Assembly: GCA_035764205.1 (NCBI GenBank)
Contig: DASTZQ010000007.1
Span: 3,453-67,452, forward strand
DNA length: 64,000 nt
From: Gammaproteobacteria bacterium
GTDB lineage: Bacteria; Pseudomonadota; Gammaproteobacteria; DSM-16500
Direction of reading: 5' to 3'
In this document: positions 25,120 to 35,218 of the stretch, piece by piece
Layout: each line of letters starts with the position of its first letter
Position numbering within the stretch: position 1 is the stretch's first letter
Made by a program: the position numbers and the translations under genes
The notes under the pieces: generated by a model
The model's input: the letters and a program-made list of their open reading frames with translations, nothing else
What the model was told of the DNA's origin: nothing
Databases searched by the model: none

Positions 25120-27051
25120 ATGGATGCGAGATCTCAGATCGATAGCGCCTTAGAAAAAAATAATCAAGCCATTGAAAATAAGCTTGGGATTATTCGCAAT
25201 CTCATGCTTCATGCCCACCCTTTAAAGGCAGAAGATAGCAGCACTTTAACTTTTGCGCAGTCCGAGTATGAAAAGCATCGGCAGTTGAGCTTATCATTTT
25301 ATTATTCGTTAATGTTGGCTTACCGCGACTTGGTCGCTGAAACCATGTTGAATGCGTTAGCCACGCCACAATCAGACCCCAGTGAGCAAGAAGCACTGGA
25401 AAGAAAATACCATCGATTTCGAGAAGTAATCACGCATCGTTTAACCCACCTTCAATTATTAATGGATGGTCAAGCGGCTCATCTTCACGAAAAAAAGAAA
25501 TCCAGTCAGCGGGGGCGTGATTATCAAGCTATTGTTTCAGTGTTTAGAGAAGCCTTGGCTGTTGATCAAGTTAAATCCCCTGAATGGTTCTTGAATCATG
25601 TTCAGCTTATTAATGTTGCTTTCATGAAAATGAACTTTATTTTTTTGAAAGATAAGTGGGATAAGGATGTTGAGTTTCAGGCAGGAAAATCGGACGCGAT
25701 GCTTTTATTCATTAAGCAGCAATTAAGTATTGTGACTGCCGTCGATTTTATTTTTCAATTGGAATACCTTGTTAGAGACCATGCCTTGGGTCAGTCTATT
25801 TCTGCCGTGCCTCCTTCCAATGAATTTATCGCATTACAGCAAATTTTTATTGACGGTGAACAAGCGGATGACGCATCCCCTTGTTCTTTGCGACCATTTT
25901 ACGATGAATTAAAAGTGATGTTGGAAAATAATGACAAGGAAACCATCGATAGCAATCTTGATTGCTTCAAAGAGAAAATCCAGCATTATCAGCTCTTGGG
26001 TGGTGGCGTGGTTAGTCCGGAGCTCAAACTTGAGTTTGACCAAAAATTAGCGGAATTAAAAAATCGTTATCTCGATGAAGCGGGTGAGTTCTCTAAAATT
26101 AAGCATCTCGCACAGAAAATCCATAACGATGATAGCGGTCTTTTGTCAGGGGAAGAGAGCGAACGATTGGGTGTTTATGCCAAGGCCGTGAAAGATTTTA
26201 GAAAGTTCGTGCTCGCAAAGCGGCCCCGCATTGACACAGAAAAAGAGATGGATAAGCAAATTGATGATGTGTTAGCGTCTTTTAGTGACACAAGTGAGGC
26301 CGCGGGTGCAGTATTGACAAGATCAAGATCACGTTCGCAGCCAGAAGTGCCACCTTCTTCCGTGTCAGCCTCGCCAATTGCACGTGATCGATCGCAGCTC
26401 GGCGTACTAGCGCATTCAGCGAATCAAGCAAAAACAAGCATACCCCGCGTGGTGCTATCCGCTGTCAGGCAGTCAACGAAGAAAGCGGCGACAGCGCTTT
26501 ATAACAAACCAAACCCTGCGAATTTTTTTACGCCCGACATTAAAATGCCTAACCTCGCTAAATATCTTTTAATCGGTATTGGCATAGGGTTGTTAGTGTC
26601 AGTGCTCGCGGCTAGTGCGGTGGCTTTGGCTTATTTTGCCATTCATGGTGGGGCGCCTCTTTTGGCTGTCGCTTTCTTGGGCGCCACGAAGGTGTTGGGT
26701 GGGGGTAGTCTAGGTGCTTGGTCGCTTGTGGCCGGGGTGTTAGCTTCTCCACCGGTTGTCGGATTGCTAAGCGCAATGAAGCGCTGGAGGCATGCGTGTC
26801 ACTCTTTATTCTCACCAGCGTCCACAGCGACCATTGTTAATCAAACAACCGAAGTTAATTCAACAACCAAATCAGCCAGTCAGCCGGCATCCTTTATGCG
26901 CCCATTGCGGACATTGCCCGAGCAAAAGCTTGCAGGCGTAAACCTTGCCAATAACCCCAATACAATCTACGCCCGCAAGGGGAGTAACAAGCTTGTTGCG
27001 CCCCCAGTGAGCGAGCAAACTCGAGTTTATTCCAGTAAAAAGCTGAGCTAG
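25120..27051 (+). CDS. Large coiled-coil protein with C-terminal TM hairpin (effector-like)
   Basis: Helical N-terminus, Ser/Arg-rich linker, hydrophobic segment; start moved to ATG 25120 (GAGG SD, downstream of the -10). Confidence 0.8.
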   Translation: MDARSQIDSALEKNNQAIENKLGIIRNLMLHAHPLKAEDSSTLTFAQSEYEKHRQLSLSFYYSLMLAYRDLVAETMLNALATPQSDPSEQEALERKYHRFREVITHRLTHLQLLMDGQAAHLHEKKKSSQRGRDYQAIVSVFREALAVDQVKSPEWFLNHVQLINVAFMKMNFIFLKDKWDKDVEFQAGKSDAMLLFIKQQLSIVTAVDFIFQLEYLVRDHALGQSISAVPPSNEFIALQQIFIDGEQADDASPCSLRPFYDELKVMLENNDKETIDSNLDCFKEKIQHYQLLGGGVVSPELKLEFDQKLAELKNRYLDEAGEFSKIKHLAQKIHNDDSGLLSGEESERLGVYAKAVKDFRKFVLAKRPRIDTEKEMDKQIDDVLASFSDTSEAAGAVLTRSRSRSQPEVPPSSVSASPIARDRSQLGVLAHSANQAKTSIPRVVLSAVRQSTKKAATALYNKPNPANFFTPDIKMPNLAKYLLIGIGIGLLVSVLAASAVALAYFAIHGGAPLLAVAFLGATKVLGGGSLGAWSLVAGVLASPPVVGLLSAMKRWRHACHSLFSPASTATIVNQTTEVNSTTKSASQPASFMRPLRTLPEQKLAGVNLANNPNTIYARKGSNKLVAPPVSEQTRVYSSKKLS

Positions 27052-28352
27052 TTCGCTTCACCCGTAGCCAAGCTTACAATGGGCGCCGCTAAAGACACCG
27101 GGTCGAGTTCGGCCCGTTCAATTTGCACAAACCGTTGTGAAATTTTTCGGGATGAAATGTGCACTTGCTCAACATCGGCATGGGTTTGCGCAATGCGTTT
27201 CGCTAAATTATCCATGCGGATTTGAAAGCGCTCAAAATCTTCGCTTAAATGGCGTAAATGTTTTTGAATTTCGTGCACTTGCTGGCGCGTGGCCGCGTCT
27301 TTTAACACGGCGCGTGCCGTGGTTAAAATAGCCATCATGGTGGTGGGTGAGACCAACCACACTTTGTGTTGTTGGGCGAGTTGCACCAAATCAGAATGGT
27401 GGGCGTGAATTTCAGCAAACACCGCTTCTGCCGGAATAAACATAACAGCACCATCAGCGGTTTCACCCGGGATGATGTATTTGTCAGCAATGTCTTGTAT
27501 GTGTTTTTTAATATCGATTTTAAATTGACGCTCAGCCACCACACGCTCGGCTTCATTTTTGGAAGCGTCTATCATGTGCCTGTAATTTTCGAGTGGGAAT
27601 TTCGCATCAATGACAATGTTGCCCGTGGGTTCGGGTAAAAACAGCATGCAATCCGCCCGTTTTTGATTGCTGAGCGTGTGTTGGAAGCTAAAATGCTGTT
27701 CGGGCAGCATGTTGTGGATGAGGGCTGAGAGTTGAATTTCACCGAAAGCACCGCGCGAGCGTTTATCACTTAAAATTTCTTGCAGGCTTACCACATTGGA
27801 AGAAAGTTCAGTGATTTTTTGCTGAGCCGCATCAATCATGGCCAAGCGTTTGATGACATCGTTAAAGGTTTCATTGGTTTTTTCAAACCCATCGGCTAAG
27901 CGTTTTTCCACGTGTTGGTTAATTTCTTTTAAGCGGTTTTCAGTGGCTTCCGTGAGTTGGTTCATGCGCGTGCCTAAATCTTTGGCGTAATCGCCCAAGG
28001 CTTCTTTCACTTGTTGGCGGCTGTCTTGCACACCTTTTTGCAAGGTGTCTTGTAAGAGTTTTAAGCTTTCAATTTGTCGTTCATCAAAGCGTGAACGATG
28101 CTCTGCAAACGTGGTTTTCAATTGTTCTTTTAAGTCGCTCGCTTGTTGGGCTTGGGCTAATTGGGTTTGGCCAAACTTTTCAGCTAAATTTTCTTTTAAG
28201 TTACCGATGTCGGTTAATAACAGTTCGCGTAAGTGTTGTGTGAGTTGTTCGTTGGATTTTTTTGTGCGTGAGTTTTGCAACCACGAGCGAATGAATAGTG
28301 AAAAAACCAAGACAAGGGTGGCTGCATTTAACGCTAAAATAAGGTTCCACAT
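27048..28352 (-). CDS. rmuC: DNA recombination protein RmuC
   Basis: RG.FGE.QL, PD-(D/E)xK-type IVIDAKFP, KYI.PGETADGAVMFIPAE, VSPTT. Confidence 0.96.
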   Translation of the reverse strand: MWNLILALNAATLVLVFSLFIRSWLQNSRTKKSNEQLTQHLRELLLTDIGNLKENLAEKFGQTQLAQAQQASDLKEQLKTTFAEHRSRFDERQIESLKLLQDTLQKGVQDSRQQVKEALGDYAKDLGTRMNQLTEATENRLKEINQHVEKRLADGFEKTNETFNDVIKRLAMIDAAQQKITELSSNVVSLQEILSDKRSRGAFGEIQLSALIHNMLPEQHFSFQHTLSNQKRADCMLFLPEPTGNIVIDAKFPLENYRHMIDASKNEAERVVAERQFKIDIKKHIQDIADKYIIPGETADGAVMFIPAEAVFAEIHAHHSDLVQLAQQHKVWLVSPTTMMAILTTARAVLKDAATRQQVHEIQKHLRHLSEDFERFQIRMDNLAKRIAQTHADVEQVHISSRKISQRFVQIERAELDPVSLAAPIVSLATGEAN

Positions 28353-28364
28353 GGCGTATTCCGT

Positions 28365-29459
28365 TTAAAAAAGTCTGAGAAGGTCGTTGATGATGGCTTG
28401 TAACATGATAATTAAAATGAAAGCAAAACCAGCGCGATAAAGCAGCGCATTCACTTTTTCAGGCAAAGGGCGGCGGATGATGGCTTCAATCGCTAATACC
28501 ACCCAGGTGCCGCCATCCAAACCAGGAATGGGTAGAAAATTAACGACACCCACGGCGATGGATAAAAAGGCCAGAAAGCTAATGAAAGGTAAAAAGCCGA
28601 TATTCAGTGCTTGGCCTGCGCTGTCAAAAATGGAAATGGGGCCGCCCAAGCTTTGCAGTGATATTTTTCCGGTGATGAGTTTTTGAAAGAAAATTAAATT
28701 GAAGTGCACAAAGTCGCTGAGTTGCCTGGCTGCTTCAGGAATGGCTGCTATTGGCCCAAATTGGACGGTTTGCAAAACATCGTTGGTGATTTTGCGTGGC
28801 ATGTAAGGGATGAAGCCGAGGCTTGCGAAGGGGTCGGGGTTGAGGCCGTCCAGGTTCCAGGTTTTTAAATTGAGCGTGTGTGTGCTCATTTTTTTGCTGT
28901 GAAAATCTTGTGTGGTTAAAATGGTTTGATCTTGATTGCCGGCGTGCACCATGATGCGTAGCAACACGCTGGTCCAGGTGCGGGTGGGTGTGTTGTCCAC
29001 CGCCACAATTTGTTGGCCACGCGTTAAACCAGCATCGGCGGCTAAACTGTGTGGGGTGATCTCGCCTATGATGGGTTTGATGGCAACAAACCCGACAATA
29101 AACACCAGCCAATAGAGAAAAAACGCGCAAATTAAATTGGCGCTCGGGCCGGCTAACAGAATGAGTGATTTGCGCCAAAATGATTTTTTGTCGTAGGCTT
29201 GGTTTAAATCGGCGGGGGCGATGTTGTCTTCGGTGCTGTCTAGCATTTTGACGTAGCCACCCAAAGGGATGAGCGCAAAAATGTATTCAGTGCCGCGTTT
29301 ATCGGTGTAAGAAAATAAGCGTTTACCAAAACCAATGGAAAAGGTCAGCACTTTCACGCCCACCATGCGAGCCATGTAAAAATGCGCTGCTTCATGCGAG
29401 CCCACCACAAAAAAAATAGTGAAGAGGATGCCAGCAATGGAAATGAGGGTGGCCAGCAT
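28365..29459 (-). CDS. rseP: Site-2 zinc metalloprotease RseP-like
   Basis: HEAAH, SIGFG, GGYVKM, one PDZ-like region, NFLPIPGLDGG. Confidence 0.93.
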   Translation of the reverse strand: MLATLISIAGILFTIFFVVGSHEAAHFYMARMVGVKVLTFSIGFGKRLFSYTDKRGTEYIFALIPLGGYVKMLDSTEDNIAPADLNQAYDKKSFWRKSLILLAGPSANLICAFFLYWLVFIVGFVAIKPIIGEITPHSLAADAGLTRGQQIVAVDNTPTRTWTSVLLRIMVHAGNQDQTILTTQDFHSKKMSTHTLNLKTWNLDGLNPDPFASLGFIPYMPRKITNDVLQTVQFGPIAAIPEAARQLSDFVHFNLIFFQKLITGKISLQSLGGPISIFDSAGQALNIGFLPFISFLAFLSIAVGVVNFLPIPGLDGGTWVVLAIEAIIRRPLPEKVNALLYRAGFAFILIIMLQAIINDLLRLF

Positions 29460-30064
29460 TAAGCTTCTTTCCAGCTGCGTGTGCGGCGCGAAGATTTGCT
29501 GGGTTTGCTTGAGGCCATGAGTAAGGGGTGGTGGTAAGTGAGGGGGTCGATGGCCTTCACTTCAACGGTGGCGGTGCCATGCCCGAGCATGCCTAGTTTT
29601 TTGGCGGCGACGTAGGATAAGTCGATGATGCGGTTGGATGCAAACGGGCCGCGGTCATTCACTTTCACGATGACTTTGCGGTGATTTTTTAAATTGGTGA
29701 CTTCAACATAGGTTGGCAGTGGCAGGGTTTTATGCGCAGCTGTCATGCCCAGCATGTTGTAACGTTCGCCGCTTGAGGTGCGTAGGCTGTGAAACTGCGT
29801 GCCATACCAAGAAGCCGTGCCTATGGCTTGATAGCCCTTGCTGGATTTTAAAGTGTAATAGCGTTTACCAAACACGGTGTAAGAAGGCAAGTTGCCGTAT
29901 TTAGCGCGGGGTTCAACTTTGGGCGTGGCATTGGGGATTTTAGAGACATCGACGTAGTAATTGGGTGGGCCGTCTTTGTGGCGTGTAAAGGCGCAGCTCG
30001 TGAGTAACAACATTAAAACGATGGCAATGCTTGCTTTCATGAACTTAGTGGTGTGGGCCGTCAT
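29459..30064 (-). CDS. rlpA: Septal ring lytic transglycosylase RlpA family lipoprotein (DPBB only)
   Basis: Lipobox LTSC; G.ASWYG, TAAHKTLPLP, VNDRGPF, IIDLS; no SPOR domain. Confidence 0.93.
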   Translation of the reverse strand: MTAHTTKFMKASIAIVLMLLLTSCAFTRHKDGPPNYYVDVSKIPNATPKVEPRAKYGNLPSYTVFGKRYYTLKSSKGYQAIGTASWYGTQFHSLRTSSGERYNMLGMTAAHKTLPLPTYVEVTNLKNHRKVIVKVNDRGPFASNRIIDLSYVAAKKLGMLGHGTATVEVKAIDPLTYHHPLLMASSKPSKSSRRTRSWKEA

Positions 30065-31058
30065 TGAGACGCTCCTGTACGCTGGCCATGGTTTGGCTTA
30101 ATTGAAAGACCGCCATGGCATAAAGGTCGCTGCTGTTATAGCGTTTGATGACATAGAAGTTGTGATAACCCAGCCAATACTCTTTGCTAAAGCGGCTAGG
30201 CAGTTCTATTACCTTGACGCTTAAATCCGTGTGTTTAATTTTGGTTTTAGGGATGACGCCGTATTTCGCCAATTCAGCCACGGTGAAAGATTTTTTAAGT
30301 TTGTGTTTGGCAACGAGGTAATTATAGCGATTGCCAATGGTGAGTGCAGGTTGAGCAACGGGTTGATCTTTTTTCCAGCCGTGTTTGTGATAATAATTGG
30401 CGATGCTGCCGATGACATCGGTGATGTCATTGCTTAAATCAATGGTGCCGCTGTTAGAGAAATTGACGGCGTAGTAACGGTAGCTGCTAGGCATGAACTG
30501 AGGTTGGCCAATGGCGCCGGCGTAAGAGCCTTCAAATTTGAGTGGGTCGACGTGTTGTTCGCGTGCCAGCAACAAAAGTTGGGCGAGTTCGCTTTGAAAA
30601 TAAGCCGCGCGAGGAGAATTGCTGAAACCAAGGCTAGAGAGGGAATCGACGACGCGGTATTCACCCATGGATTGCCCGTATTTGGTTTCAATGCCAATGG
30701 TAGCCACAATGATGCTTGCAGGCACGCCGTAAGTTGCTTCAGCGCGTTTCAAGGCTTCTTCGTGGGCTTTCCAGAATTTAACGCCGTGTTGAATGCGCCA
30801 TTCATTCACAAACAACATTTGGTAAGTGCGCCAAGGTTCAATTTCCAGCGGTTTGTTGAAGTGGATCATGACTTGCGGGCGAATTTTAACGCTGTTCATG
30901 ACGGCTGTGACATCACTTTTTTTGAAATCGTATTTTTTGACCATCATGTTGATGAAGGCTTGTACATCGGGACGGTTGACAAAGTTTTGATCTGCGCAAG
31001 CCCAGTTCGCGCTGAAGAAAAGCGTGATTAAGCTCAATGTTAAAAAAATCTTGCGCAT
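30045..31058 (-). CDS. mltB: Lytic murein transglycosylase B
   Basis: YGVP..IIVATIGIETKYG, GSYAGAIGQPQFMPSSY, YN.S.LYAMAV. Confidence 0.96.
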   Translation of the reverse strand: MRKIFLTLSLITLFFSANWACADQNFVNRPDVQAFINMMVKKYDFKKSDVTAVMNSVKIRPQVMIHFNKPLEIEPWRTYQMLFVNEWRIQHGVKFWKAHEEALKRAEATYGVPASIIVATIGIETKYGQSMGEYRVVDSLSSLGFSNSPRAAYFQSELAQLLLLAREQHVDPLKFEGSYAGAIGQPQFMPSSYRYYAVNFSNSGTIDLSNDITDVIGSIANYYHKHGWKKDQPVAQPALTIGNRYNYLVAKHKLKKSFTVAELAKYGVIPKTKIKHTDLSVKVIELPSRFSKEYWLGYHNFYVIKRYNSSDLYAMAVFQLSQTMASVQERLNDGPHH

Positions 31059-31068
31059 TTTTTATCCC

Positions 31069-32208
31069 TTAGGTGGTGACTAGCCTACGGTGAGTTTGTA
31101 TGGACATTAGGATACCGAAACTTGCCATGATCGTCACCATAGACGAACCCCCATAGCTTACCAGTAAAAGGGGCACGCCGACCACCGGTAAAATGCCGGT
31201 AACCATGCCCATATTGATAAAAAATGAAATAAAAAATGAAAAGGTGATGCTGCCAGCCACTAAACGTGAAAACGTGTCTTGGGCATTGATGGTGATGTAG
31301 ATGCCGCGTGCGACAATCAGTGTAAATAAAGTGATTAAAATGAGGCTGCCGACAAACCCAAATTCTTCACCGCAGACGGCGAAAATAAAGTCAGTGGTGT
31401 GTTCAGGTAGAAAATGTAAATTGGATTGCGTGCCGTTCAACCAGCCTTTGCCAAAAATGCCGCCTGAGCCGATGGCAATTTTGGATTGAATGATGTGATA
31501 ACCGGTGCCGAGTGGGTCGCGTTCGGGGTCTAGGAAGGTGAGCACGCGTTGGCGTTGGTAATCGTGCAGCCAATACCAGGCAAAAGGCACGAGCATGCTG
31601 ATGCCAAGAAAGGTGCTCGCAATAATTTGCCAACTTAAACCCGCTAAAAATAAAACGCTGCCGCCGGCCATGACCAACAAAATGGCGGTGCCTAAATCAG
31701 GTTGTTTTGCGGTGAGCACGGCGGGGATTAAAATAATGGGAATGGCAGCCAGCACTGATTTTAAGGTGATGGGCAAATGAATTTTATGGTAGTAGTGTGC
31801 AAGCACCAAGGGGATGGCTAGCTTCATGATTTCAGCCGGTTGAAAGCGCATAAACCCGAGGTTGAGCCAGCGTTGTGCGCCTTTGCCTATGTGACCCATG
31901 ATTAACACAACGACTAACAACCCAAGACCAAAAAGATAAAGCCAGGGTGCTGCGCGTTGCAGTGACATGGGTGGAACTTGCGCGATCATGAGCATGATGA
32001 AAAAAGCCATTAACATGCGCATGGCTTGGTATTCGATCATGCCTGGGGTTTCGCTGCTGGCGCTGTATAAAACCAACAAGCCAGCAGAGCAGAGCATAAG
32101 AATGAAAGTGAGCAGCATGACATCGATGTGCATGGCTTCCCAGGGCGTGCGGTAGCGTGCGTCTTGCGCTGGCGTGTTAATTTTGTATTTGAGTTGCTCC
32201 AGTAGCAT
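31069..32208 (-). CDS. mrdB: Rod shape-determining protein RodA
   Basis: GAQRWL, QPAE.MK, QPDLGT, GYHIIQSKIAIGSGG, LPE.TTDFIF, SYGGSS. Confidence 0.97.
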   Translation of the reverse strand: MLLEQLKYKINTPAQDARYRTPWEAMHIDVMLLTFILMLCSAGLLVLYSASSETPGMIEYQAMRMLMAFFIMLMIAQVPPMSLQRAAPWLYLFGLGLLVVVLIMGHIGKGAQRWLNLGFMRFQPAEIMKLAIPLVLAHYYHKIHLPITLKSVLAAIPIILIPAVLTAKQPDLGTAILLVMAGGSVLFLAGLSWQIIASTFLGISMLVPFAWYWLHDYQRQRVLTFLDPERDPLGTGYHIIQSKIAIGSGGIFGKGWLNGTQSNLHFLPEHTTDFIFAVCGEEFGFVGSLILITLFTLIVARGIYITINAQDTFSRLVAGSITFSFFISFFINMGMVTGILPVVGVPLLLVSYGGSSMVTIMASFGILMSIQTHRRLVTT

Positions 32209-34048
32209 CTGGTTGGCTTCCTAAATAATAATCAAAGATAATGCGTGCTGTTTTTGCGGCGATATTGCTGTTTTCGCTAATGATAGCCAAAGCCAGTTTA
32301 GGGTGGTCGGTTGGGGCGAAGGCAATGAACCAGTGGTGGTCGCGAAAACGTTCGGGCACGTTGTCTTGGTTTTCGATGCCTTCAATGCCGGCGCGTTTTG
32401 CAATGACTTGCGCCGTGCCTGTTTTGCCGGCGACCGTGTAAGTGTAGCCGCGGCCGTAATAGCCGTAAGCTGTGCCTTGTGGGTTGCTGACAACTTCTTG
32501 CATGGCGTAAATGACGGCTTCCCAATTTTCAGGGTCTTTCACGGGCACGGATTCCAGAGGAATGGGTTGTTGCACTTGATAAGGTTTGCCTGGTGTTTGT
32601 TCGCCCATTAATAAATAAGGCATGAAGCGTTTGCCGCGGTTAGCAAGCGTTGCCACGGCTTGAGCCAGTTGCAAGGGTGTGGTTTGCATATAGCCTTGGC
32701 CGATGCCGGCGTTGATGGTGTCGCCTGGGTACCAGCGTTGTTTTTGCGTTTTTTGTTTCCATTCGGGTGAGGCAACGACGCCCGCTGCTTCGCCGTCGAG
32801 GTCGATGCCGGTGAGTTGGCCGAAACCAAAGGCATTCAGGATGTCGTCCATGCGACGTATGCCCATGCGATAGGCGAGGGTGTAAAAAAAGGTATCGCAA
32901 GATTGCATGACGGCTTTTTCCATGTCGACCGTGCCATGCCCGCCTTTGCGCCAATCGCGAAAGCGTCGAGAATAATTGGGCAGTTCAAACCAACCTGGGT
33001 CGTAGATGGACGTGAATTCAGTAATCACACCGGTTTCTAAGCCTTGTAGCGCATAAAACGGTTTAATGGTGGAAGCGAAGGGGTATAAACCGCGTAAAGC
33101 GCGGTCGTAAAGCGGGCGATCAGGCGAGGATTGCAGGGCTTGATAATCGGGTTGGCTGATGCCAGTCACAAACACGTTGGGGTCAAAGCCCGGCTGGCTC
33201 ACCATGGCGAGCACCTGGCCGGTGGCGGGTTCAATGGCGACAATCGCACCGCGGTGGCCGTCTAGTGCTTTTTCAGCTAAAAATTGCAAGCGGCTGTCAA
33301 TGGTGAGGTAGAGGTTGGTGCCTGGCTTGCCTTTAATTTCTTTTAAAACGCGCAGCGGTTTGCCACTGGCGTCGTTTTCAACTTGTTCGTAGCCAACGCT
33401 GCCGTGCAGGTCTTCTTCGTAATATTTTTCGATGCCTTGTTTGCCGATGTAATGGCTCGCGCTGTAATTTGCCGTGTCAATTTCTTGTAATTCTTTCATG
33501 TTAATTCGGCCAACATAGCCCAAGACATGGCTAAAGCTTTCACCGTAAGGGTAAGAGCGCATGAGTCGCGCTTTAATTAAAACACCGGGGAAGCGATATT
33601 GGTTTTCTGTGAAGCGCGCGACTTCTTCTTCGCTCAGTTTTAACTTGAGTGGAATTTCGTCAAAGCGGCGGTGTTGCCTTAATTGTTTTTGGAATTGCAG
33701 GATGTCGTCGTCGGAAAGATTCACGATGCTTCTAAGGCCTTGCAAGGTGGAATCCATGTGCGGCACTTCGTAGGGGATGATGTCTAAGCTGAAGACGGGG
33801 GTGTTTTCAGCGAGAATGACGCCGTTTCGGTCGTAAATTAAACCGCGGGTGGGCTCGATGGGCACTAAATCTAGCCAGTTGTTGGTGGCTAAGGTGGTGT
33901 ACATGTCGTGTTTGACGATTTGCAAATAACCAAGGCGAATGATTAAGCCAAATAATAAAGTAAACATAATGAGGGCAGCCATTAAGGCACGCCTGGTGGT
34001 GAGTTGAATTTCACGATAATGGTTTTTTATGGCAATCCGTTTTTGCAT
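32177..34048 (-). CDS. mrdA: Penicillin-binding protein 2
   Basis: RGLIYDRNG, STIK (SxxK), SCD (SxN-like), GKTGTAQ; start moved to MQKRIAIKNH. Confidence 0.96.
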   Translation of the reverse strand: MQKRIAIKNHYREIQLTTRRALMAALIMFTLLFGLIIRLGYLQIVKHDMYTTLATNNWLDLVPIEPTRGLIYDRNGVILAENTPVFSLDIIPYEVPHMDSTLQGLRSIVNLSDDDILQFQKQLRQHRRFDEIPLKLKLSEEEVARFTENQYRFPGVLIKARLMRSYPYGESFSHVLGYVGRINMKELQEIDTANYSASHYIGKQGIEKYYEEDLHGSVGYEQVENDASGKPLRVLKEIKGKPGTNLYLTIDSRLQFLAEKALDGHRGAIVAIEPATGQVLAMVSQPGFDPNVFVTGISQPDYQALQSSPDRPLYDRALRGLYPFASTIKPFYALQGLETGVITEFTSIYDPGWFELPNYSRRFRDWRKGGHGTVDMEKAVMQSCDTFFYTLAYRMGIRRMDDILNAFGFGQLTGIDLDGEAAGVVASPEWKQKTQKQRWYPGDTINAGIGQGYMQTTPLQLAQAVATLANRGKRFMPYLLMGEQTPGKPYQVQQPIPLESVPVKDPENWEAVIYAMQEVVSNPQGTAYGYYGRGYTYTVAGKTGTAQVIAKRAGIEGIENQDNVPERFRDHHWFIAFAPTDHPKLALAIISENSNIAAKTARIIFDYYLGSQPDATGATQIQN

Positions 34049-34267
34049 GCCCGCTCTCAGTTTTGCTGGATTTAACGCTAACACTATACACGGAGTTGGG
34101 GTGGGTGGCCAGATGCGATGGGGGTTGATGTGAATTCGTTTTTTGTATTTAAGTGTTGACAATACTATTAATTATAATAACATACGCGACTGGAAGGATA
34201 GGTTTTTTTGTGAGGTGTGTGGTGGGTTGCTTTGTGAAATATATCATTATTTGGAATATATCAAAAT

Positions 34268-34573
34268 ATGAGCTATACTATGAATAAGGCTTGGATAGTA
34301 TTGCCAACGAAAGCGGTAGAGCGAGCTGCTTTAAAGTTACCACAGAGGGCTTTACTGCAGTTTCGATACCTCTTCAATGATCTTGTCCATCGGGGGCCTG
34401 CATTACCAGATTGGCCAAATTATGGAAGGTTTGGCGGTGTAAAAGGTGATAAGCGTCATTGCCATCTTCAAAAGGGCAGGCCAACCTATGTGTGTTGTTG
34501 GGAATTGAAAGATAAAAATAGAAAACTGATTGAGGTGTACTATGTCGGAACACATGAAAAAGCACCCTATTAG
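34268..34573 (+). CDS. RelE/HigB-like type II toxin
   Basis: Basic 101-aa protein, WPNYG, HCHL, C-terminal YVGTHEKAPY; upstream of and overlapping an XRE gene. Confidence 0.75.
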   Translation: MSYTMNKAWIVLPTKAVERAALKLPQRALLQFRYLFNDLVHRGPALPDWPNYGRFGGVKGDKRHCHLQKGRPTYVCCWELKDKNRKLIEVYYVGTHEKAPY

Positions 34574-34934
34574 CGCTCATGCGTATGGCAGTGCATTAAT
34601 TATTTCGTGTCATCACACGACTTATGCTATTCCTAAAAAAATTGCTGAGCGTTATGTTGTTGAAGAGCCAAAAACGCGCGAGAAAAAACGCGATTCATCT
34701 ATTTCATTAGAGCGTTTATTTGGTAAATTAGACGAGCAATATACAAAAGCTGGCGCCTTGTTAAAAGGCCTGCGCTTGCGTGAAGGTTTAACTCAAGTTG
34801 AATTTGCAAAACGAATTGCAGTGACACAAGCTAATTTATCCAACATGGAAAACGGGCATCGGCCTATTGGAAAAATAGTAGCAAAGCGCATTCAGAAAGT
34901 GTTTGGCGCGAATTATCGGTATTTTCTTGAGTGA
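34542..34934 (+). CDS. XRE-family HTH antitoxin (HigA-like)
   Basis: LKGLRLREGLTQVEFAKRIAVTQANLSNMENG; GAGG SD before ATG 34542. Confidence 0.85.
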   Translation: MSEHMKKHPISAHAYGSALIISCHHTTYAIPKKIAERYVVEEPKTREKKRDSSISLERLFGKLDEQYTKAGALLKGLRLREGLTQVEFAKRIAVTQANLSNMENGHRPIGKIVAKRIQKVFGANYRYFLE

Positions 34935-34973
34935 TTTTTCTAAAGTAGTGTTGTAAATTTTAGGGAGAAAATA

Positions 34974-35195
34974 ATGAAGCAATTTAAATTTACAATTTTG
35001 CTTAAAAATGCAAATGAAAAGACCCCCAATCTAGAAGATCGCCTTTACGAGGCTAGCTGTGGTGATGCATTGATTCATTTTCGTAGTGGTGCAGTCTATC
35101 TTGAGTTTAGTCGTGAAGCCGTTACGCTGGATGAGGCGGTTGCATCTGCTGTTAAAAATATTCAGCAGTCAAAATTTGTGCCTGTGATTGTATAA
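34974..35195 (+). CDS. Small HicB-like-fold protein
   Basis: F.FTI.L, LEDRLYEASC.DA, VYLEFSREA..LDEAV.SA pattern; GGAG SD. Confidence 0.6.
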   Translation: MKQFKFTILLKNANEKTPNLEDRLYEASCGDALIHFRSGAVYLEFSREAVTLDEAVASAVKNIQQSKFVPVIV

Positions 35196-35218
35196 AGATA
35201 AGTAAAAGGTTGTAGGCT

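Noticed and set aside
29459-30064. RlpA without a SPOR domain
   Set aside because: DPBB-only RlpA proteins are widespread, and the gene ends cleanly, coupled to rseP.
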